From Escherichia coli (GTDB lineage Bacteria > Pseudomonadota > Gammaproteobacteria > Enterobacterales > Enterobacteriaceae): a stretch of 64,000 nucleotides of DNA. Position 1 is the first letter of the stretch; every line of letters begins with the position of its first letter. The notes beneath the pieces are model-generated. The model was not told the DNA's origin. It saw only the letters and a list, made by a program, of their open reading frames with translations, and searched no databases. A program made the position numbers and the translations under genes. The stretch lies in assembly GCF_046105845.1 (NCBI RefSeq), contig NZ_CP151004.1; one strand, given 5' to 3'. Of the stretch, positions 56,847 to 64,000 are shown one piece after another.

Positions 56847-58793
56847 ATGAAGACAAATATAAAAGTATTTACATCGACAAGTGAATTGACCACTCTCGGC
56901 CGTGAACTGGGCAAAGGTGGCGAAGGCGCGGTTTATGATATCGAGGAGTTTGTCGATAGCGTCGCTAAGATTTATCACACGCCGCCACCCGCCTTAAAAC
57001 AGGACAAACTTGCCTTTATGGCTGCGACAGCTGACGCGCAGTTGTTGAATTATGTCGCCTGGCCGCAGGCAACGCTTCACGGTGGACGAGGCGGAAAGGT
57101 TATCGGTTTTATGATGCCAAAAGTTTCTGGTAAAGAACCGATTCATATGATCTATAGCCCGGCACATCGTCGCCAGAGTTACCCTCATTGTGCGTGGGAT
57201 TTTCTACTCTATGTTGCGCGCAATATTGCTTCATCTTTTGCTACGATTCACGAGCACGGGCACGTCGTGGGTGACGTAAACCAGAACAGCTTTATGGTGG
57301 GCCGTGACAGCAAAGTGGTGTTGATTGATAGCGACTCCTTTCAGATTAACGCCAATGGCACGCTGCATTTATGCGAAGTCGGCGTGTCGCATTTTACGCC
57401 GCCAGAGCTGCAAACCTTGCCATCATTTGTCGGCTTTGAACGCACCGCGAATCACGATAATTTTGGCCTTGCGTTGCTGATTTTTCACGTCTTGTTTGGT
57501 GGGCGGCATCCTTATTCCGGTGTACCGCTTATCTCTGATGCGGGTAATGCACTGGAGACGGATATTGCCCATTTCCGTTATGCCTACGCGTCAGATAATC
57601 AGCGACGTGGTTTAAAACCGCCGCCACGATCTATTCCGCTGTCGATGTTACCGGGTGATGTTGAAGCCATGTTTCAGCAGGCATTCACGGAAAGTGGCGT
57701 GGCAACCGGGCGTCCGACGGCAAAAGCGTGGGTAGCGGCACTTGATTTACTACGCCAACAGTTAAAGAAATGTACCGTTTCGGCAATGCATGTTTACCCC
57801 GGTCATTTGACTGACTGCCCGTGGTGTGCGCTGGATAATCAAGGCGTTATCTATTTTATTGATCTCGGCGAAGAGGTCATTACCACCGGCGGTGATTTTG
57901 TGCTGGCGAAAGTCTGGGCAATGGTGATGGCGTCAGTAGCACCACCAGCATTGCAACTGCCATTACCCGATCATTTCCAGGCTGCTGGCAGGCCGCTTCC
58001 TTTAGGCCTGTTACGGCGTGAATACATCATTCTGATTGAGATCGCACTGTCAGCGTTATCGCTGTTGCTTTGCGGCCTTCAGACAGAACCGCGTTATATT
58101 ATTTTGGTTCCTGTGCTGGCGGCTATCTGGATTATTGGCAGCCTGACAAGCAAAGCGTACAAAGCAGAAATCCAGCAACGCCGTGAGGCGTTTAATCGTG
58201 CGAAAATGGACTATGACCATTTAGTCCGCCAGATCCAACAGTTGGGCGGGCTGGAAGGTTTTATCGCCAAACGGACGATGCTCGAAAAAATGAAGGACGA
58301 CATTCTTGGGTTACCGGAAGAAGAAAAGCGCGATCTGGCAGCATTTCAGGACACCGCAAGGGAACGGCAGAAGCAGAAGTTTCTGGAGGGATTTTTTATT
58401 GATGTTGCCTCTATTCCCGGCGTTGGCCCTGCGCGTAAAGCGGCGTTACGGTCCTTTGGTATTGAAACAGCGGCAGACGTTACCCGACGGAGCGTTAAGC
58501 AAGTTAAAGGTTTTGGTGATCATCTGACCCAGGCGGTTATCGACTGGAAAGCGAGTTGCGAACGCCGTTTTGTTTTCAGGCCGAACGAAGCGGTAACGCC
58601 TGCAGACAGACAAGCGGTAATGGCAAAAATGGCCGCCAAACGACATCGGCTGGAATCGGCGCTGACTGTCGGTGCGACAGAGTTGCAGCGATTCCGCCTT
58701 CATGCTCCAGCACGGACCATGCCGTTGATGGAACCGTTACGTCAGGCGGCAGAAAAACTGGCTCAGGCGCAGGCTGATTTAAGCCGTTGCTGA
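56847..58793 (+). CDS. yegI: Eukaryotic-like Ser/Thr protein kinase with C-terminal membrane/coiled-coil region
   Basis: 648 aa; glycine-rich loop LGKGGEGAVY, catalytic-loop-like GDVNQNSF. Confidence 0.85.
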   Translation: MKTNIKVFTSTSELTTLGRELGKGGEGAVYDIEEFVDSVAKIYHTPPPALKQDKLAFMAATADAQLLNYVAWPQATLHGGRGGKVIGFMMPKVSGKEPIHMIYSPAHRRQSYPHCAWDFLLYVARNIASSFATIHEHGHVVGDVNQNSFMVGRDSKVVLIDSDSFQINANGTLHLCEVGVSHFTPPELQTLPSFVGFERTANHDNFGLALLIFHVLFGGRHPYSGVPLISDAGNALETDIAHFRYAYASDNQRRGLKPPPRSIPLSMLPGDVEAMFQQAFTESGVATGRPTAKAWVAALDLLRQQLKKCTVSAMHVYPGHLTDCPWCALDNQGVIYFIDLGEEVITTGGDFVLAKVWAMVMASVAPPALQLPLPDHFQAAGRPLPLGLLRREYIILIEIALSALSLLLCGLQTEPRYIILVPVLAAIWIIGSLTSKAYKAEIQQRREAFNRAKMDYDHLVRQIQQLGGLEGFIAKRTMLEKMKDDILGLPEEEKRDLAAFQDTARERQKQKFLEGFFIDVASIPGVGPARKAALRSFGIETAADVTRRSVKQVKGFGDHLTQAVIDWKASCERRFVFRPNEAVTPADRQAVMAKMAAKRHRLESALTVGATELQRFRLHAPARTMPLMEPLRQAAEKLAQAQADLSRC

Positions 58794-58805
58794 GCCAGTT
58801 TTCAA

Positions 58806-60158
58806 TTAACGAAACACGACTTCTGCCCAGCGTGCCAGCCCGGCGGTGACGGAGCCAAAGTCATCGCCACCTGCAATCGGAATGCCCGGCAACTGTTCTG
58901 TCAGCGCTTTTTTAATCAGCGGTGAACGGGCGCTACCGCCGGTCAGATAGATAACATCCGGTTTTTCCTGGGCGTTATCCAGCGCCAGTTGCACCTGTTC
59001 CAGAATCCGCGCCAGTGGCTGGTTGAGGGCGCTTTCCAGCCCTTGCTGGCTAATCAGCGTAGCCAGTTCATCGCTGATAAACGGCAGTGAGGCGCGGGTT
59101 TCCGCTACGCTTGAAAGCGCAATTTTGCTCTCTTCTGCGCTACGTACCAGGCGATAGCTTAAACGCTGACGCCAGACTTTCTGTAACAGGGCCACTTTTT
59201 CCGGTTCGCGGGCATCGCGTACCAGATCGTTAAGCAGACGACCGTTGGCACTACTGTAGAAATCACTTTGCGCAGGTACGTCGTTGATGGCAACCGCATT
59301 CCACCACGGCAGAATCGGCAGGGCGATGCCTTTTTCGGTTTCGCCACCCATGCCCAGTAACGGCATCAGGTTTTTAAACGCCAGTGCGATATCCAGATCG
59401 TTACCGCCAATACGGCAACCACTGTGACCCAGCAGGCTGGCTTCACGATCGAGACGCGAACGCCACTGCGGCCCCATCAGCAGCAATGAACAGTCAGTCG
59501 TACCACCGCCGATATCCACCACCAGCACCCGTTTTTCTTCCTGCAAGGTGGCTTCGTAATCCAGCCCAGCCGCGACCGGCTCGTACTGGAATACCACATC
59601 CTTAAACCCGGCACGCTTTGCCGCGCGTTCCAGAATCCCTTGCGCCTGGGTGTTTGCTTCATCGCCGCCCAGCCCCTGGAAGTTGATCGGGCGACCAATC
59701 ACCGCCTGAGTAATCGCATCCGGCAGCTGCGCCTGCGCCTGCTGGCGAATGTGCAACATCATTGCGCAGACCAGATCCTCAAACAGCGCTACCTGCTGCG
59801 GTTTTAAGCCGCTGGCACCGAGGAATGATTTTGGTGATTTCACAAACCACACCTCTTCTGGATCATCAATGTACTGTGCCAGTGAGGAAAGACCGAACTG
59901 CACGCTTTTCGCCGTAACATCGATATCTTCTTCGCGGTTATAACGAATCGCCCGACGCAAAAGCGCCTGCGTTTCATCGTCGTCTGCCGGAACATCATGA
60001 TGGCGGTACAGCCATTCGCTTACCGCTTCACGCGTTGGCGCGCAAAGCATTGAAGGCAGCAGCGTGCTGTCGTTTTCCATTTTTAGCAAATGCGGTTTAC
60101 CGTCGCGCATGACCGCCACTGAACAGTTTGCTGTACCGTAATCAAAACCAATAAACAC
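58806..60158 (-). CDS. yegD: Hsp70/actin-fold ATPase (DnaK-like)
   Basis: 450 aa from GTG start (FIGFDYGTANCSVAV); GGGG ribosome-binding site upstream. Confidence 0.85.
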   Translation of the reverse strand: MFIGFDYGTANCSVAVMRDGKPHLLKMENDSTLLPSMLCAPTREAVSEWLYRHHDVPADDDETQALLRRAIRYNREEDIDVTAKSVQFGLSSLAQYIDDPEEVWFVKSPKSFLGASGLKPQQVALFEDLVCAMMLHIRQQAQAQLPDAITQAVIGRPINFQGLGGDEANTQAQGILERAAKRAGFKDVVFQYEPVAAGLDYEATLQEEKRVLVVDIGGGTTDCSLLLMGPQWRSRLDREASLLGHSGCRIGGNDLDIALAFKNLMPLLGMGGETEKGIALPILPWWNAVAINDVPAQSDFYSSANGRLLNDLVRDAREPEKVALLQKVWRQRLSYRLVRSAEESKIALSSVAETRASLPFISDELATLISQQGLESALNQPLARILEQVQLALDNAQEKPDVIYLTGGSARSPLIKKALTEQLPGIPIAGGDDFGSVTAGLARWAEVVFR

Positions 60159-60291
60159 GAAATAATCCCCATGCCGGTGAAGAAGGGGCGAGACTTTAGC
60201 GAAATGTTGCCGTCGCGACAACCGGAATATGAAAGCAAAGCGTAGCGTCTGAATAACGTTTATGCTGAAAGCGGATTAAAAAGGAGATGCG

Positions 60292-61149
60292 ATGTATACC
60301 CTGAACTGGCAGCCGCCATATGACTGGTCGTGGATGTTGGGATTTCTCGCCGCCCGTGCGGTGAACGGTGTGGAAACGGTCGCGGACAGTTATTATGCCC
60401 GTAGTCTGGCGGTGGGCGAATATCGCGGCGTGGTGACTGCTATTCCGGATATAGCCCGCCATACTCTGCACATAAATTTAAGTGCAGGTTTAGAACCTGT
60501 TGCCGCAGAGTGTCTGGCGAAAATGAGCCGCCTGTTTGATCTGCAATGTAACCCGCAGATTGTTAACGGTGCGTTGGGCAAGTTAGGCGCGGCGCGGCCC
60601 GGATTGCGTTTACCCGGCAGTATTGATGCTTTTGAGCAGGGCGTGCGGGCGATTTTAGGCCAACTGGTGAGCGTGGCGATGGCGGCAAAATTGACCGCCA
60701 GAGTGGCACAGCTTTATGGCGAACGGCTGGATGATTTTCCGGATTATGTCTGCTTCCCCACGCCTCAGCGGCTGGCTGCAGCCGACCCGCAGGCATTAAA
60801 AGCGTTAGGTATGCCGTTGAAACGGGCAGAGGCACTGATTCATCTGGCAAATGCGGCGCTGGAGGGCACCTTATCAATGACAATTCCGGGCGACGTAGAG
60901 CAAGCGATGAAAACGCTGCAAACTTTTCCGGGTATCGGGCGCTGGACGGCGAATTATTTCGCCTTACGTGGCTGGCAGGCGAAAGATGTTTTCCTGCCGG
61001 ATGATTATCTGATTAAACAGCGATTTCCGGGAATGACACCGGCACAAATCCGCCGTTATGCCGAACGCTGGAAGCCCTGGCGTTCTTATGCGCTGTTGCA
61101 TATCTGGTATACGGAAGGCTGGCAACCAGACGGAACGGACGAATTGTAG
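60292..61149 (+). CDS. alkA: 3-methyladenine DNA glycosylase II
   Basis: 285 aa from MYTLNWQPPYDWSWMLGFLAARAV. Confidence 0.95.
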   Translation: MYTLNWQPPYDWSWMLGFLAARAVNGVETVADSYYARSLAVGEYRGVVTAIPDIARHTLHINLSAGLEPVAAECLAKMSRLFDLQCNPQIVNGALGKLGAARPGLRLPGSIDAFEQGVRAILGQLVSVAMAAKLTARVAQLYGERLDDFPDYVCFPTPQRLAAADPQALKALGMPLKRAEALIHLANAALEGTLSMTIPGDVEQAMKTLQTFPGIGRWTANYFALRGWQAKDVFLPDDYLIKQRFPGMTPAQIRRYAERWKPWRSYALLHIWYTEGWQPDGTDEL

Positions 61150-61152
61150 GCC

Positions 61153-61173
61153 TGATACGCCGCATCAGGCGAT
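61153..61173. repeat. REP-like hairpin between convergent alkA and yegE
   Basis: gcctgatacgccgcatcaggc (7-bp stem). Confidence 0.5.
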
Positions 61174-61186
61174 GGGGAAGCACGCC

Positions 61187-64000
61187 TTAGTTAATCGCGA
61201 AATAACTGCTATTCACCAGCAAATCCAGCGGTTGGGCATCGGCAATCACATCGCCATAAATCAGATCGACGCCGATGCCAGAAAGCGTATCCATCACCAG
61301 GGGTAAAACTACTGGCCCGGCGATGGTCTTCATCCCGAGCCGCTGAGCGTGCCCCTGAATGATCGTAATCAGCATCTCATCCATCAAATTTCCCTGCACG
61401 TTGGCGCATAACTCACCATCAAGTAGTAGGTAATCTGCCATATTTGCTTTCAGCGAGTTGAAGATTTGCAGATCGCGGCCCACCTGATTGAATACGATCC
61501 GACATCCCGCCAGCCGCAGTTTTTGCACGTTTTCTGCGTGATCTAAAATCGCGTCTGCCGGAATAATCAGATGTAATAACCGTGGTGGTAGAGGGCTATT
61601 TTCCAGCTGCTCAATTAGTTCATTCACCAGCGTGGCGCTACTCAAACCGGCAACGGAAAGCGGGAGGGCGATGCTTATACCTTTACTGGCAACCGCTTTG
61701 GCGGCCTGCTGGAAAAAATCGTGGAATACCCGTCGGTCAAGAGCATGGCTAAGTGCCGGATCGCTGAAGCTACGACGAAATGTTTGTTCATCAATAATCT
61801 CGCCTTCGCAACTCCAGAGCTTAAGTGAAATCAGCCACAAATTACGCGCTTCCGGGATCCGCGGCGAAGCGACACCGTGGGCGATCATCATCAACTGATT
61901 CTCTTTAATCATCCGCCACTGTTCATCAAGCGACATCGCCGCCCGTTCGCTATGTGCGGTAGCTTGCTGCGGTTCGTAAATCGTCACCCGGCCCCGGCCA
62001 CCATTTTTGGAGGCATAACAGGCGATATCAGCCTGCGACATCACTTCAGCCGCCTGATGATTGTTGTCATCAATCAAGGTAATCCCGGCACTGGCACCTA
62101 CCCGATGTACACGTCCTTCCCAGATAAAGTGATAGTCATTCACGGCGCTGATAATGCGTGTAGCGATAAAACGCGCACTTTCGACATTACAATCTGGCAG
62201 CAGCAGACCAAATTCATCGCCACCGAGTCGCGCTAGCACGTCGCTGGAGCGCAGCATACTCAGCATCAATGACGCCAGTTCGCGCAACAAAGCGTCGCCA
62301 GCGGCGTGCCCGGCGCTGTCATTCACCGCTTTAAAGCGATCAAGATCGATAAACACCAGTGCATGTCGCTGATGTGTACTGTTTACCGTTTGCAGCAGGA
62401 TGCGTAGTTGCTTCTCAAAACTGGCGCGATTGGCGAGATGCGTCAGTGCATCATGGGAGGCGCTGTAGCTCAGCTGGCGCAGCATTTTGCGTGATTCGGT
62501 GACGTCCTGAATCACCAGAACCGAGCCTATATTGCTGCCGTCCAGAGTACTTAACGGCGTAATACTGTAATGCACGTCGTAGCTGCCGCCGCTCCGACAG
62601 TGCAACACCACATCTTGTTCAATCGCGGAACGTGAGGTGTCGGCACTGTAAATGTTCTCCATTAATGGTCCGTTGTCGCCAAAAGTAATATGCAACACCG
62701 TCAGGAGCGGAACACCTAATGCTTCTTCCTGCGTCCAGCCGCTCATCTTCTCCGCCACCGGATTCATAAAGGTAATTTTCATTGCCATATCAATACAGAC
62801 CACGGCTTCGCCGATGGAATCCAGCGTTATGTGCAGGCGCTCTTTTTCCTGAAACAATGCCTCGTTAAGCTGTTTCACTTCGGTCATATCCATATTAATG
62901 CCGAGCAGGCGTTCGACTTCGCCTTCTTTATTCAGTACCCGGTTAGCGAGGGCGCGGATATGGCGAATGCCGTCTTTCACGGTAATGCGAAATTCCAGTT
63001 TAAAGGGAGAGCGCGATTGCAATGAATCGCGAATCACTTTTTCGGCGTGCTGGCGATCTTCCGGCAGCACGCACTCGTACCACACCTGCCAGTTCGGTTT
63101 GATATGCGGAGGAATTTCATACAGCTCGAACATCCGCTTATCCCAGCTAAAAATATTCGGCTTAAGCTCCCACTCCCAGATGCCAATTCCGCCCGCTTCG
63201 TTAGCCAGCGTGATGCGCTCCATCAGTTGCTGGTTCACCTGTTCGGTGCGTTTTAGCTCGTTAATGTCTTCAATCTGAGCGATAAAATAGAGCGGCGTAC
63301 CATCGGTGTGGCGCACCAGTGAGACGGCAAGCAACGCCCAGACAACATCGCCATTGCGGTTGTAGTAGCGTTTTTCCATTGAATAGGTGTTTATTTCACC
63401 GCTGATCAGCTTTTCAACCTGTTGCAGATCTTTATTGAGATCCTCCGGCCAGGTCAGTTGCTGAAAGGTGAGTCCGCGCAGTTCTTCCTGACTGTAACCG
63501 AGAAACTGGCAGAGCGCTTTGTTGGATTGCAGCCATTGCCCCTCGGTGCCCACTAATGCCATGCCGATGGCGGAATATTCCATGGCATTACGAAAACGGG
63601 TTTCGCTTTCAGAGATGTGTTTGCGTTCCGCACGAAAGGCATACATCACCATGGTCATGATGTTGGCGGGCAGCAGGATCAGCAAAAACGGTAGCCACGG
63701 CATATGGCTCATCAGGTATGTACGCGGCGTAGCAAGCAGGGAGGGATCAGCGGCCATCATCAGTGACACCATCATCACCGTGGTAAGGAAGATCAAAAAG
63801 GCTTCCATTCGTGGCAGGCGCACGGCGCTCCACATCAACAGCACAATAATGAAAGTAAAAGGCCACGGCAGATACAGCATCGAAAGCCAGCTTAACGTCA
63901 GTGTGATGGCTAACGTGAGCAGCGACTCAAAAAGCAACCGTGGGTTGCGATGGCGCAGCAGATAGTGTGGTTTAAATAACAACCCCAGCGGCACCAGTGC
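61187..64000 (-). CDS. dgcE: Diguanylate cyclase / phosphodiesterase, multi-PAS GGDEF-EAL protein; C-terminal about 935 codons, N-terminus beyond window end
   Basis: GGDEF motif RLGGDEFG, PAS repeats and EAL region visible; reading frame open to the window edge. Confidence 0.85.
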   Translation of the reverse strand, partial: ALVPLGLLFKPHYLLRHRNPRLLFESLLTLAITLTLSWLSMLYLPWPFTFIIVLLMWSAVRLPRMEAFLIFLTTVMMVSLMMAADPSLLATPRTYLMSHMPWLPFLLILLPANIMTMVMYAFRAERKHISESETRFRNAMEYSAIGMALVGTEGQWLQSNKALCQFLGYSQEELRGLTFQQLTWPEDLNKDLQQVEKLISGEINTYSMEKRYYNRNGDVVWALLAVSLVRHTDGTPLYFIAQIEDINELKRTEQVNQQLMERITLANEAGGIGIWEWELKPNIFSWDKRMFELYEIPPHIKPNWQVWYECVLPEDRQHAEKVIRDSLQSRSPFKLEFRITVKDGIRHIRALANRVLNKEGEVERLLGINMDMTEVKQLNEALFQEKERLHITLDSIGEAVVCIDMAMKITFMNPVAEKMSGWTQEEALGVPLLTVLHITFGDNGPLMENIYSADTSRSAIEQDVVLHCRSGGSYDVHYSITPLSTLDGSNIGSVLVIQDVTESRKMLRQLSYSASHDALTHLANRASFEKQLRILLQTVNSTHQRHALVFIDLDRFKAVNDSAGHAAGDALLRELASLMLSMLRSSDVLARLGGDEFGLLLPDCNVESARFIATRIISAVNDYHFIWEGRVHRVGASAGITLIDDNNHQAAEVMSQADIACYASKNGGRGRVTIYEPQQATAHSERAAMSLDEQWRMIKENQLMMIAHGVASPRIPEARNLWLISLKLWSCEGEIIDEQTFRRSFSDPALSHALDRRVFHDFFQQAAKAVASKGISIALPLSVAGLSSATLVNELIEQLENSPLPPRLLHLIIPADAILDHAENVQKLRLAGCRIVFNQVGRDLQIFNSLKANMADYLLLDGELCANVQGNLMDEMLITIIQGHAQRLGMKTIAGPVVLPLVMDTLSGIGVDLIYGDVIADAQPLDLLVNSSYFAIN

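Overview
This window reads as a contiguous segment of an Escherichia coli chromosome, syntenic with the K-12 region running from yehP to yegE (about 46-47 min) but in inverted orientation; gene names below come from recognising the translated proteins, not from any database search. Core content: the yehP-yehM-yehL MoxR-AAA+/VWA cluster, yehK, the giant paralogs yehI and a frameshifted molR, metG, mrp/apbC, the yehE-DCBA chaperone-usher fimbrial operon, rcnB-rcnA/rcnR, thiMD with its TPP riboswitch, yegX, yegW, yegVUT, fbaB, gatYZABCD-gatR, yegS, yegR, yegQ, yegP, baeR-baeS-mdtDCBA, yegL-yegK-yegJ-yegI, yegD, alkA and the 3' part of yegE. Strain-variable elements missed by the ORF track: two tandem copies of a type I toxin module resembling zorO/orzO between yehK and yehL, and three tandem ibs/sib toxin-antisense units between mdtA and yegL. 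An intact P2 attachment core lies between yegR and yegQ with no prophage. No CRISPR array, IS element, tRNA or rRNA was seen. The best candidates for an under-described system are the yehLMP plus yehI/molR cluster and the yegI-yegK-yegL-yegD kinase/phosphatase/VWA/Hsp70-like cluster; neither function can be established from sequence alone.
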